This document shows, in pieces, positions 10,210-19,804 of a stretch of DNA of 64,000 bases; the stretch's first letter is position 1; the number at the start of each line of letters is the position of its first letter. The translations under genes and the position numbers were made by a program. The notes below the pieces were generated by a model. That model was given only the letters and a program-made list of their open reading frames with translations, was not told the origin of the DNA and made no database searches. This DNA is from an uncultured delta proteobacterium (GTDB lineage: Bacteria > Myxococcota_A > UBA9160 > SZUA-336): contig CAVPHD010000003.1 in the NCBI GenBank assembly GCA_963704165.1, positions 288,001 to 352,000 of the forward strand, in the 5' to 3' direction.

Positions 10210-11814
10210 TCAGGCGCGATCGAAGAGCACGCCCGGGTTCAGAATCCAGCCCGGATCGAGCTCGGACTTCGAAGCGCGAAGCACGCGGGCGAAGCCCTCG
10301 GGCCGCTCGCGGTCGTACCACTTGCGGTGATCGCGGCCGACCGCGTGGTGGTGGGTGATCGTCGCGCCCTCGGCGACGATGATCTCCCCCGCGACGCGCT
10401 TCACCTCGTCCCAGAGCTCGAGCTCGGATCCGCGGCGCGCGGGAGCCAGCATCGTGTAGTACGGCGCCGGGCCGTCGCTGTAGACGTGCGTGAAACGGCA
10501 GGTGATCGTGCCGGCGCCGCAGAGCCGCACGAGCGTGTCGCGGACCTCGGTCATGATCCGGGCGTGCAGGCGTTCGAAGCGGTCCCAGGTGATGGCGGTC
10601 TCGAAAGTCTCGCAGAACATCCCGATCGCGATCAGCGCATCGCGCACGTACGGCGCACCGATGAAGGCATTGCGCCACGCACCGGCCGCCCCCTCGCGCG
10701 ATGCGCCCGCGTCCGAGCGCGTGCGGATCGCGTCGTCGGGAACGACGCCACCGTGATCCCGGCAGAGCTCGACCGCGCGCGCGATCCAGGCGTCGAGCGC
10801 GTGGTCCGCCGATTCGAAGCCGAGCACCAGAAGCGAGTCGCCACCGGTCGCGCCGGCCGAGGTCGCCGCTTCGCCGGGATCGAGCAAGCGGCAATTCGCG
10901 GGCTCGAGCCCGGATTGGCTGAGCGCGCGGACCGCCGCGACCGCGGCCTCGAACTTCGCGAAGCGGACGCTCGCGTTCGCGCGAAGCGTCGGCCGGTCCT
11001 GAAGCCGCATCCACGCCTCGCTGATCACGCCGAGCGTTCCCTCCGAGCCGGTGAAGAAGCGGTCCGGCGACGGACCCGCGCCCGATCCGGGCAGCCGTCG
11101 GGTCTCGATCACACCGGTAGGTGTCACCACGCGAAGCGCCTCGACGAACTCGTCGATGTGCGTGTAGTGCGTCGCGAAGTGGCCGCCGCTGCGCGTCGCG
11201 ATCCAGCCGCCGAGCGAGCTGAACTCGAAGGACTGCGGGAAGTGGCGCAGCGTGAGACCGTGCGGGCGCAGCTGATCCTCGAGCGCCGGCCCGAACACGC
11301 CCGCCTGGATGCGCGCCGCGCGCGATGCGCGATCGACCTCGAGCACGCGGTCCATCCGTCCGAGATCGAGCGTGATCACGCCGCGGTAGTCGCCCGCGAT
11401 GTCGGTCTCGACGCCGCCGACCACGCTCGAGCCACCGCCGAACGGCACCGCCGCCAGCCGCTCGCGCGCGCAGAAGTCGAGCACGGCGGTGATCTGTTCC
11501 TCGTTCGTCGGAAACGCGACCAGATCGGGCGGCGTTCGGAATTCGCGCCGCAGCGTGCGGACGATGTCGCGGTAGCCCTGTCCGTGCCCGTGGCGCGCAC
11601 GCTCCCAGGGATCGGCGGAGAGGATTTCGCCGAGCGCGCTCGGTGCGCGAACGCGCGGCGCCGGAAGCTCGATCTCGGAGATCCGTGGGTACGGAAGCGG
11701 CGCGAGGTCCGACCGACCGAAGCGCTCGCCGAGGCTGCTGGCGAGGCGCGCGCGCGCAGCCTCGTCGGGACCCTCGTCTTCGTATCCCCAGCCCCAGAAC
11801 TTCAGCCGCTTCAC
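10210..11814 (-). CDS. FAD-binding oxidoreductase, alkyl-dihydroxyacetonephosphate synthase (AgpS)-like
   Basis: FWGWG, PFGGGSSVVGG, HFPQSFEFSSLGGWIATRSGG, GSEGTLG, THHHAVGRDH; GTG start 6 nt after a CATAAT -10. Confidence 0.85.
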   Translation of the reverse strand: MKRLKFWGWGYEDEGPDEAARARLASSLGERFGRSDLAPLPYPRISEIELPAPRVRAPSALGEILSADPWERARHGHGQGYRDIVRTLRREFRTPPDLVAFPTNEEQITAVLDFCARERLAAVPFGGGSSVVGGVETDIAGDYRGVITLDLGRMDRVLEVDRASRAARIQAGVFGPALEDQLRPHGLTLRHFPQSFEFSSLGGWIATRSGGHFATHYTHIDEFVEALRVVTPTGVIETRRLPGSGAGPSPDRFFTGSEGTLGVISEAWMRLQDRPTLRANASVRFAKFEAAVAAVRALSQSGLEPANCRLLDPGEAATSAGATGGDSLLVLGFESADHALDAWIARAVELCRDHGGVVPDDAIRTRSDAGASREGAAGAWRNAFIGAPYVRDALIAIGMFCETFETAITWDRFERLHARIMTEVRDTLVRLCGAGTITCRFTHVYSDGPAPYYTMLAPARRGSELELWDEVKRVAGEIIVAEGATITHHHAVGRDHRKWYDRERPEGFARVLRASKSELDPGWILNPGVLFDRA

Positions 11815-11869
11815 CGGCGCATTATGAACGGGAGGCTCGCGCGCGGCCATCGCGCTAGTCTCAGCCGCG

Positions 11870-12649
11870 ATGAGGGGCCCCGATCGGATGCGTGATCTCC
11901 CGCGCGGACTCCTCGCGCTCGTCCTGCTTCCGGCGAACCTGATCTTCTGGAGCGCCGCTGCGCTCGGGTATGCGCTGTTCCGGGCGACGCCGCGGGCGGC
12001 CCACCGCTGTTATCGCGACTTCTCCCGCTTCTGCATGTTCGTCGGCAGCACCGACGTGGAACGCCACGGACTCGAGCACCTGAAGGCCGGCCAGGCCTAT
12101 GTGGTGGTCTCGAATCACGAGAGCAACTGGGACCCGCCGACCATCATCGCATCGCTGCCCGATCTGGTGATCCGCTTCGTGATGAAGACGCAACTCGCGA
12201 AGGTCCCCATATTCGGTATCGCGCTGCTCCGCACCGGAAACATTCCCGTCGCGCGCACGCGCACGCGCGGCGACGTGAAGCGCATCCAGGAAGGCATGTC
12301 CGAGCGCGACCCGGACGTTTCGATCCTGTTCTTCGCCCAGGGCAATCGCTCACGCGACGGATCGTTCGGCCCGTTCAAGATGGGCGCGTTCGCGACCGCG
12401 CTCGACTTCAAGCTGCCGATCCTTCCGGTGGCCGTCGCCGGAACCTACGCGGTCTGGCGCCCTGAAACGCTCTGGGTCCGGCGAGGTTCGGTCGCGCTGG
12501 AGATCGGCGAACCGATTTCCGTCGATGGGCTCGGAGTCGAGGACCGCACGGCGCTCCGGGATCGGACGCACGCAGCGGTCGCGGAGCTTCGAACGCGCGC
12601 GCGCGCGAGGCTCCGGTCGCGCGGAATCGACCCGGGCGGCATCGACTGA
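11870..12649 (+). CDS. Lysophospholipid acyltransferase (PlsC family)
   Basis: NHESNWD (HX4D), FFAQGNRS, PFKMGAF, PILPV; alternative start 11888. Confidence 0.88.
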   Translation: MRGPDRMRDLPRGLLALVLLPANLIFWSAAALGYALFRATPRAAHRCYRDFSRFCMFVGSTDVERHGLEHLKAGQAYVVVSNHESNWDPPTIIASLPDLVIRFVMKTQLAKVPIFGIALLRTGNIPVARTRTRGDVKRIQEGMSERDPDVSILFFAQGNRSRDGSFGPFKMGAFATALDFKLPILPVAVAGTYAVWRPETLWVRRGSVALEIGEPISVDGLGVEDRTALRDRTHAAVAELRTRARARLRSRGIDPGGID

Positions 12650-12663
12650 GGTAGGATTGGCCG

Positions 12664-13524
12664 ATGGAACCCCAGTCCATCCGCCTGCCCGGCACGCACG
12701 GCATCGACCTCCACGCGCTCGAGTGGAGCGACGAGGGCACGCTGCTGCTCTTCCTGCACGGCTTCTCGAACGACGCGCACGTCTGGGATCTCGTCGCGCC
12801 CGTGCTCGCGCCGCACTACCGCGTCGTCGCGCTCGATCAGCGCGGGCACGGCGACTCGGGCCGCGATCCAGAGCATCGCTACGACCACGAGACGATGGCG
12901 CGCGACACGAACGCTGCGATCGAGTCACTCGGAGCGGAGCGCGTCGTGATCGTCGGCCACTCGCTCGGTGGACGCGTCGCGATGCGCTTCTCGGGGCTGT
13001 TCCCGGAGAAGCTCGCCGGGCTCGTGATCGTGGACTCCGCCCCGGACCTCGACGCGCGTGGCACGACGCGAATCAGCCTCGACGTGCAGCAACAGGACTG
13101 GTCATTCGCGAGCGTCGCGGACTACGAGCGCGTGCTCCAACGGCAGTACGCTTCGACACGGCCCGATCTTCTCGCGAAACTGGCCGCGCACTGGACACGC
13201 AGGCGTCCCGACGGGCGCTACGAGCTGAAGCTCGACCCCGGCTTCATGAAGGCGCGGGCGGGCGTCTCGCCCGAGGACGCGAAGGCGTGGTCCGAGCAGG
13301 AAGCCAAGCACCTCTGGGCCGCGCTCGCGGCGCTTCCCTGCCCCGCGCTGGTGGTGCGCGGCGCCGCCTCCGACGTGATGTCCGCCGAGGTCGCGGACAA
13401 GATGGTCGACGACGTGATTCCGAGGGCCACGCTCGAGACGGTCGCACGCGCGGGGCACTCGGTCATGCTCGACAACCCGGAGGCCTTCGAGAAGGTGCTG
13501 ACCGGATTCGTTCTCGGGGACTGA
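12664..13524 (+). CDS. Alpha/beta hydrolase
   Basis: LHGF, DQRGHGDS, GHSLGG, AGHSV. Confidence 0.9.
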   Translation: MEPQSIRLPGTHGIDLHALEWSDEGTLLLFLHGFSNDAHVWDLVAPVLAPHYRVVALDQRGHGDSGRDPEHRYDHETMARDTNAAIESLGAERVVIVGHSLGGRVAMRFSGLFPEKLAGLVIVDSAPDLDARGTTRISLDVQQQDWSFASVADYERVLQRQYASTRPDLLAKLAAHWTRRRPDGRYELKLDPGFMKARAGVSPEDAKAWSEQEAKHLWAALAALPCPALVVRGAASDVMSAEVADKMVDDVIPRATLETVARAGHSVMLDNPEAFEKVLTGFVLGD

Positions 13525-13525
13525 G

Positions 13526-14539
13526 GTGGAGCTGACCGAGCTCGAAGCCCGCCTCGCGCCGTTCGCGCGCGCGAAGTACGACGATCCGGCGGCCGTGGTC
13601 AGCGAGGTCCACAAGATGCCCGGTCACGCCGGCTTCTCGTTCGGCTTCTCGGTTCTCTCGCGCGGGACGAAGGAGAGCTGGTACCTGCGCCTGCCGCCGC
13701 CGAACGCGCAGTGGAAGGGCACCGCCGACGTGCTGCGTCAGGTCGAAGCGCTCCGCGCGCTCGACGGCGGGCCGGTCCCGCACTGCACGGTCCAGTGGGC
13801 CGGCGCGGACCTCGTGTGGTTCGGCCGGCCCTACTTCGCGGTGCCGAAGCTCGAAGGCGACACGCTTGCGCTCGGCCCCGGCCAGTGGGGTGCGAAGCTC
13901 GGCGAAGCGCGGCGGCGGGACATGGCCGCGCAGGCGATGACCGCGCTCGCGAACATCCATCGCGTCGATTGGCGCGAGCGCCTCGCCTATCTCGGTGACC
14001 CGATCCCCTGCGAAGACGACGTCGCGCGCTGGGATCGCTTCGTCGAGCGCGCGGCCGAACCCGAATCGATGCGGCTCCAGCCCGAGGTGCGCTCGCGGCT
14101 CCTCGCGACGATCCCGCGCTCCGCGCCGGTCGGGCTCTTTCACGGCGACTACAACTGGTCCAACACGTTCTGGTCGATGGAAGGACGGCTGCTCGCGGTG
14201 ATCGACTGGGAGCTGTGCGGGATCGGAGCGACACTGAACGATGTCGGCTGGGTCGCCACCTTCAACGACCCGGAAGCTTGGGCCAAAGATGCAGCGGCCT
14301 TGCCGATCCTGATCCCCGCGGACGATCTGATCGACCTGTACGCGCGCGCGTGGGGAGATCCGCTTCCCGATCTCGGCTGGTTCCGCGCGCTCGCGGCCTA
14401 CAAGTTCGCGATCATCACGGGCCTGAACCTCGGGCTGCACCGGCGCGGCAAACGCCACGATCCGCTCTGGGAGATCACCGGACGCTCGATCGTCCCGCTG
14501 CTCGAACGCGCGCGCTCGCTGCTCGCTCAGTCCCCGTAG
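13526..14539 (+). CDS. Aminoglycoside-phosphotransferase-family (APH) kinase, ACAD10/11 N-domain-like
   Basis: YLRLPP, HGDYNWSN, AVIDWEL. Confidence 0.85.
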   Translation: MELTELEARLAPFARAKYDDPAAVVSEVHKMPGHAGFSFGFSVLSRGTKESWYLRLPPPNAQWKGTADVLRQVEALRALDGGPVPHCTVQWAGADLVWFGRPYFAVPKLEGDTLALGPGQWGAKLGEARRRDMAAQAMTALANIHRVDWRERLAYLGDPIPCEDDVARWDRFVERAAEPESMRLQPEVRSRLLATIPRSAPVGLFHGDYNWSNTFWSMEGRLLAVIDWELCGIGATLNDVGWVATFNDPEAWAKDAAALPILIPADDLIDLYARAWGDPLPDLGWFRALAAYKFAIITGLNLGLHRRGKRHDPLWEITGRSIVPLLERARSLLAQSP

Positions 14540-15222
14540 TTGTAGCCGGGGCGCGACGGCGGGACGAAATCACCGGACGCGTCGAAGACGCGGCAGAACG
14601 TGGTGTGGTGGAGTTCACCGCGTGCGTCCTCGTAGAAGATCGCACCACGCACGAACGAGACGGGGCCGCCGGTCGTCGCGTGCTCGCGGCGCAGGGTGTC
14701 GAGTCCCGCGATCGGCGTGCGTTCGAAGAGCTCTCCACGCGGGATCTCCGTGCGCACCGGCAGCGGAGGCTCGCCCTCGGCGCCGATCTCGATCGCGATC
14801 TCGCGCAGCACGCCGTGCTCGCGGCCGTGATTCACGATCTCGAGTTCGATCGCGGCGGGAGTCCGCGCGCGAATCTCGACCGAGAGGGCGGCACGCACGC
14901 CGCCGCCCATCTCGCCGCGACGCCCCTCGTCGACGACGATCACCGCGCTCGCTTCGAGCGCGCGCACCGAGTGCGCGGTATTCGGCGGCACGATCGCGAC
15001 CGCGCCAGTCCCCGCGCGGAACGATTCGGATCCGATCGTGATCTCGAGCACCCCCGAGAGAACGTTCCAGACTTCTTCGTTGGGGTGCGAATGCTCGTGA
15101 AGCGAGGCCCCCGCGTCGATCGTGTAGTAGGCGAACGTCATCGATTCGGTGCCGAAGAACCGCCCGTGCCATCCCGGTTTCGGCTCGCGGGGCATGATCG
15201 CTTCGGTCTCGATGAGCGGCAT
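14527..15222 (-). CDS. Cupin-domain protein with uncharacterised C-terminal domain
   Basis: HEHSHPNEE...VLSG...PPNTAHSV cupin motifs. Confidence 0.8.
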   Translation of the reverse strand: MPLIETEAIMPREPKPGWHGRFFGTESMTFAYYTIDAGASLHEHSHPNEEVWNVLSGVLEITIGSESFRAGTGAVAIVPPNTAHSVRALEASAVIVVDEGRRGEMGGGVRAALSVEIRARTPAAIELEIVNHGREHGVLREIAIEIGAEGEPPLPVRTEIPRGELFERTPIAGLDTLRREHATTGGPVSFVRGAIFYEDARGELHHTTFCRVFDASGDFVPPSRPGYNYGD

Positions 15223-15228
15223 AGCGAA

Positions 15229-15657
15229 CTACCCCGTGAGCTGGCGCAGGATGTCCGCCGGGTTGAAGTAGACGCGTTCGCAGACGATGCCCGCGTCGTC
15301 GAAGATGAAGAACGCCATCATGCGTGTGCGGAATGTGCGGCCCGTGGGCTCGAGCGCGCCGAGCCGCCCCTGGTGCGTGCCGAGCAGCCAGAGCTCGACG
15401 ATCACGGCATCGTCCGCGTGGCGGAGCGAGATCAACTCGTTGCGCTGATCTGGAAAGCTCGCGCGCGACGCGCGGAAGTACTCGCGCACCGCCGCATCGC
15501 CGTCGTGAACCTGTCCGGTCGCGATCAGCTCGTAGCGCGGGTGCGAGAACGTGGCCATCGTCGCGTCGAAATCGCGTTCGTTCTCCGACTCCATGTGCCG
15601 TCGCACGATCGCCTCGCGAAAGGCCCGGAGCTCCGCGGGAGTTCTCGACCCGGCCAC
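15229..15657 (-). CDS. SnoaL-like/ester cyclase (NTF2 fold)
   Basis: HMESEN, SFPDQ, GTHQG, PTGRTF, ERVYF. Confidence 0.85.
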   Translation of the reverse strand: MAGSRTPAELRAFREAIVRRHMESENERDFDATMATFSHPRYELIATGQVHDGDAAVREYFRASRASFPDQRNELISLRHADDAVIVELWLLGTHQGRLGALEPTGRTFRTRMMAFFIFDDAGIVCERVYFNPADILRQLTG

Positions 15658-15660
15658 GCC

Positions 15661-15822
15661 TCAGACCCTCTCGAGCGCACGGTGCGGCCGCGGCGGAAGC
15701 TCGATGCGCAGGTCGTCACCGGGTCGCAGCTCGCCACTTGCGAGCACGATCGCCATCACACCTGCCTTGCGCACGAGCTTTCCGGTGGCGTCGCGGTCGA
15801 GCGTGGCCTTCATCAGCCCCGG
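15661..15822 (-). pseudogene. C-terminal remnant of a MOSC-domain protein
   Basis: PGLMKATLDRDATGKLVRKAGVMAIVLASGELRPGDDLRIELP...LERV resembles MOSC C-termini; the N-terminal part is absent. Confidence 0.65.
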
Positions 15823-16211
15823 GCTCGTTCCAGCGCGAGCGGACCCGGGCCCCTCGCGGCGATGAACAGGAACACGAACGCGTAGAGCGCGGCGAGCTCG
15901 CCGCCGTTCTGGATCGGCAGCGGCCCCTTGGACTGGTGGAACATGAAGTAGGCGACGGCCATCTGCCCGCTGCAGATGAACGCGGCGAGGCTCGTGCGCA
16001 CGCCGAGCATGACGAGCGCGCCGCCGACGAGCTCGATCACGCCGCCGACCCAGATCAGCGTGAAGAGCTTCGCGGTCGCGCCGGGGTTTCCGCCGACGCC
16101 ACCGAACACCCCGACCACCTTCTGCGCCCCGTGACACGCGAAGAGAAACCCCGAGACGATCCTCAGCAGGGCGTGCGAGAGCGGACCGATTCGTGCGAGC
16201 AGTGCATCCAT
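15813..16211 (-). CDS. DoxX family membrane protein
   Basis: LLRIVSGFLFACHGAQK, IELVGG, MAVAYFMFH, NGGELAALY. Confidence 0.9.
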   Translation of the reverse strand: MDALLARIGPLSHALLRIVSGFLFACHGAQKVVGVFGGVGGNPGATAKLFTLIWVGGVIELVGGALVMLGVRTSLAAFICSGQMAVAYFMFHQSKGPLPIQNGGELAALYAFVFLFIAARGPGPLALERARG

Positions 16212-16214
16212 GAT

Positions 16215-17777
16215 TCACTCCGACCAGGCAAAGCGCGTGCCTTGCGATGTTTCCTCGGGCACGAGTGCCCCGAGCTCGAGAACTCGACTCATCTCGGCGG
16301 CGGCGAACTCCGGCTTCACTCTGCCCGCCTCGGCCACCGCCGCGACGAGCGCGGGGACGGGGTTCTCTCGGTACGCCGGCAGCCCTTCGATCACGTCGTC
16401 GAGCAGGAGCTTCCAGAGCAACTGCTGACGTAGCCGGCGCAGGTAGAGCTTGCGTTCGTAGACCGGCAGCCGGTCGTTCGCGAAGAGGTGATCCTGGTAC
16501 CGGAGATACCGCTCCATCGTCTCCTCGTATTCGTCGGCGACCTTCTGGATCGCCGCGGGCGAAGCCCCCGCCGTGCGCGTGACGACGTGGTTCGCGTCGT
16601 ACTTCGTCCAGTCGTTCGAGAGGATCTCGAGCCCGTAGTCGGCGGCGCGCTCGCGCACCTCGGTGCCGGGGAACGGCGCCAGGATGTGGAAGCCGTAGAG
16701 CGAGCCGAACTCGGCGTGGAGCTCGTTCGCGAACTCGACCGTCTTGCGCAGGGTCTCCTCGGTCTCGCCGGGAAGACCGATGATGAACGAGGCGAGCGCG
16801 CTGATGCCGACGTCCTGCGTCATGCGCATGGCCTGCTTCACCTTGGCCAGGTTCGACTTCTTCCCGACGAGATCGAGGATCTCCTGGCTGCCGCTCTCGA
16901 CGCCGAAGCAGATCGCCTGACAACCCGCGTGCGCCATCGTCTCGACGATCTCGGGATTGATCGTGTCGACGCGCGAGAACGCGTTCCAGCGGATTCCCGT
17001 GTTCCGGCGCACGAGCTCGCCGCAGACCGCCAGGAAGTGTGTTCGGTAGAGCGTGAAGAGATCGTCCTCGATCGTGATCTCGGTGAAGCCGAGGCGCGCG
17101 AGGTCTTCGATCTCGTCCACGCACGCGCTCGGGTTCCGGTAGCGCACCTCGCGGCCGGTCCGTTGCGGCGCGGAGCAGAACACGCACGAGTACGGGCAGC
17201 CGCGGCTCGTGATCACGCTGGCGTGGCTGTCGAAGGCCAGGTAGCGGGCGAGCGGGACGAGATCGCGTGCCGGCGGAGGCAGAGCGTCGAGGTCGTCCGC
17301 GAGCGCGCGAGGTGAATTGCGAACGATGCGTTCGCCGTCGCGGAGCGCGAGTCCACGCACGTCGCGCAGGTCCATTCGGCCTTCGAGCGCTCGCACGAGC
17401 TCGATCATCGTGTGCTCGCCCTCGCCGATCGCGATGTAGTCCAGCGCCGGCAGGTCGCGGAAGCTGCCCTCGATCTCGAAGCTGACGTGCGGCCCGCCCA
17501 TCACCACCGGAACCTCGCCGTCGCACTTGCGTACGATCTCGGCGATCGACGAGGCGATGTGGTGATTGAGCGTCACCGACGTGATCCCGACCACCTGCGG
17601 CCGGAACCGCGACATGCGGCGCTCGATCTTCTCGGGCGTGGTGCGAGAGAGCATCAAGTCGAGGATCTCGACCTCGTGCCCTTCGGCCCGCAGAGCCGAG
17701 GCGACGTACGGGAGAGTCACCAAGAGGCGCGGGAACTCCTCGAACGGGTACGAGGGGTTGATCAGGAGTACACGCAT
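16215..17777 (-). CDS. Cobalamin-binding radical SAM protein
   Basis: VLLINP, GGPHVS, GEGE, SRGCPYSCVFC, GVESGS, IIGLPGET; GGAGG RBS. Confidence 0.92.
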   Translation of the reverse strand: MRVLLINPSYPFEEFPRLLVTLPYVASALRAEGHEVEILDLMLSRTTPEKIERRMSRFRPQVVGITSVTLNHHIASSIAEIVRKCDGEVPVVMGGPHVSFEIEGSFRDLPALDYIAIGEGEHTMIELVRALEGRMDLRDVRGLALRDGERIVRNSPRALADDLDALPPPARDLVPLARYLAFDSHASVITSRGCPYSCVFCSAPQRTGREVRYRNPSACVDEIEDLARLGFTEITIEDDLFTLYRTHFLAVCGELVRRNTGIRWNAFSRVDTINPEIVETMAHAGCQAICFGVESGSQEILDLVGKKSNLAKVKQAMRMTQDVGISALASFIIGLPGETEETLRKTVEFANELHAEFGSLYGFHILAPFPGTEVRERAADYGLEILSNDWTKYDANHVVTRTAGASPAAIQKVADEYEETMERYLRYQDHLFANDRLPVYERKLYLRRLRQQLLWKLLLDDVIEGLPAYRENPVPALVAAVAEAGRVKPEFAAAEMSRVLELGALVPEETSQGTRFAWSE

Positions 17778-17855
17778 GACACCTCCGCACTCGGGGTCGG
17801 AGCGCCCGGGTGTGGCGGGATTCTACGCAGCGCGCTCGCGAGGTGTCACGCGTGA

Positions 17856-18833
17856 TCAGCGGTGCGCGCGGTGTTTCATGAGCGCGAGATCTCGGGTCGC
17901 CTGGCGCGGATCGATGCCGAGCGGCAGGATCGCGAGCGCAGGCGTATCGACGCCCGCATCGACGTAGCGCTGGATGTGCGCGCGGCACGCGTCGGGCGTG
18001 CCGTGGACGATCAGCTCGTCGACGACCTCGTCGGGGATCGCCGCGATCGCCGCCTTGCGGTCGCCCTTCTTCCAGGCCTCCCACATTCCCGCGAGCTTCG
18101 GCCCGCGCCCGAGCCACTCGTGAAACGCGGCGTAGACGGGAACGTTCAGGTAGGCCGCGATCGCGAACTTGGCCATCGCGCGCACCTGCACCTTGTCGGG
18201 ATTGGGCGCGACGAAGATGCGCGCGACGATCTCCTTGTCGGGTCCCGCCTCCTTCACGTAGGGCGCGACCTTCTTCACGTCGTCGGCCGAGAGCCAGTTG
18301 ATGATCGCGCCGTCGCCGACGCGTCCGGCGAGTCGCAGCATTCCCTGTCGGAGCGCGGCGACCAGGATCTTCGGCTGTGTCTCGAGCTTCACGCCGAGGC
18401 GGAATCCCGAAACCGAGAAGCTCTCGAATTCCTCGGTGATCTTCTCGCCCGCGAGCGCCTTGCGCAGGAACTTCACGGTGTCGCGCACGCGCTGGTACGG
18501 CTTCGTGAACGGAATGCCGTTCCAACGCTCGACGATCACGTCCGACGACGTGCCGATTCCCGCGACGAAGCGACCGGGAGCGGCCTGGCACATCGACGCG
18601 ATGCTCATCGCCAACAGGCCGGGACCGCGCGTGAACGCGGGCAGGATCGCGACGCCGAGCCGCATGTTCGGCGCCCACGCCGACGCGAGCGCGAGCGGAG
18701 TCAGTCCGTCGTAGCCGCCGGCCTCCGCCGACCAGAGGTCGGTGTAGCCGAGCTGCTCGAGCTCCTGGATCCACTCGCGTTGCTCCGCGAGCGGGACACC
18801 GTCGAGCGGAATCGTCATGCCGTAGCGGTTCAT
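17856..18833 (-). CDS. LLM-class (probably F420-dependent) oxidoreductase
   Basis: LGYTDLWSAE, RLGVAI, APGRFVAGIGTSS, LAGRVGDG; GGAGG RBS before ATG 18833. Confidence 0.88.
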   Translation of the reverse strand: MNRYGMTIPLDGVPLAEQREWIQELEQLGYTDLWSAEAGGYDGLTPLALASAWAPNMRLGVAILPAFTRGPGLLAMSIASMCQAAPGRFVAGIGTSSDVIVERWNGIPFTKPYQRVRDTVKFLRKALAGEKITEEFESFSVSGFRLGVKLETQPKILVAALRQGMLRLAGRVGDGAIINWLSADDVKKVAPYVKEAGPDKEIVARIFVAPNPDKVQVRAMAKFAIAAYLNVPVYAAFHEWLGRGPKLAGMWEAWKKGDRKAAIAAIPDEVVDELIVHGTPDACRAHIQRYVDAGVDTPALAILPLGIDPRQATRDLALMKHRAHR

Positions 18834-18925
18834 CGATCCGTGCCTCCCGTCGGTCGCGATCATACACGCGCGGCGCGCGTGACCGCGCTCGGTGGTAGAG
18901 TCGCGATGCACGACGGGAGGACGAA

Positions 18926-19804
18926 GTGAGCTCGACACGCGAAGTGACGATCATCCGCCTCGATGACGGCCGTGAGCTCGCCTTCACGGAGATCGGCGCC
19001 CCCGATGGCACGCCGGTCTTCGCCTTCCACGGCACGCCCGGCTCGTACCGGATGTTCGGGCCGCTCTCCGACGCGGCCTCTCGGCTCGGCGTGCGCGTGA
19101 TCGCGCCCGATCGACCCGGCTACGGGCGCAGCGACTACGTGCCCGACCGGCGCCTCGTCGACTGGCCGCGCGACGTCTGCGCGATCGCGGATTTCCTCGG
19201 CATCGCGAAGTTCGGCGTCTTCGGTGTCTCGGGCGGCGGGCCGCATGCAGCCGTCTGTGCGCATCAGCTCGGCAGCCGCCTGCTCGGCGTCGCGATCGTG
19301 TGTGGAATCGCCGAGACACTGACCAGCGACGACGCGCGCGGGATGATGCCGATGAATCGCCTGATCTCGCGGCTCGCGCGGTTCTCGGAGTGGCTCGTCT
19401 GGCCGATCTTCGCGCTGATGACGCTCGGATTGCGGCACTTCGGTCCGGCGCTCCTGCGCGGGATGGTGAAGCAGCTGCCCGCGCCGGATCGCCGCGCACT
19501 CGAGAGCCCCGCGCTGCGAAACGCCTTCCTCGAAGAAGCCCGGCGCGCGCCGCGCACGCACGCGCGGGCCACCGCTCAGGACTTCGCGCTCTTCACCCGA
19601 CCTTGGGGATTCCGGCTCGAGGACATCTCGTTTCCCGTCGACGTCTTCTGCGGCGAGCTCGACGTGAACGTGCCGGTCGCGCACGGACGCCGGCAGGCCG
19701 ATCGGATCCCGAACGCGAAGCTCCACCACTTCGCGGACGCGGGACACATGTTCTTCCTCGAGAAGGCGGACGAGATCCTGCTCGCGGCGTCGGGCCGCAC
19801 GTGA
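18926..19804 (+). CDS. Alpha/beta hydrolase
   Basis: DGRELAF, FHGTPGS, DRPGYGRS, GVSGGGP, PWGF, AGH. Confidence 0.9.
   Translation: MSSTREVTIIRLDDGRELAFTEIGAPDGTPVFAFHGTPGSYRMFGPLSDAASRLGVRVIAPDRPGYGRSDYVPDRRLVDWPRDVCAIADFLGIAKFGVFGVSGGGPHAAVCAHQLGSRLLGVAIVCGIAETLTSDDARGMMPMNRLISRLARFSEWLVWPIFALMTLGLRHFGPALLRGMVKQLPAPDRRALESPALRNAFLEEARRAPRTHARATAQDFALFTRPWGFRLEDISFPVDVFCGELDVNVPVAHGRRQADRIPNAKLHHFADAGHMFFLEKADEILLAASGRT

Noticed and set aside
15661..19035. 1124-aa minus-strand ORF
   Set aside because: Arg/Ala/Gly-rich off-frame read-through over the LLM, radical SAM and doxX genes; only the last ~53 aa (MOSC stub) look real.
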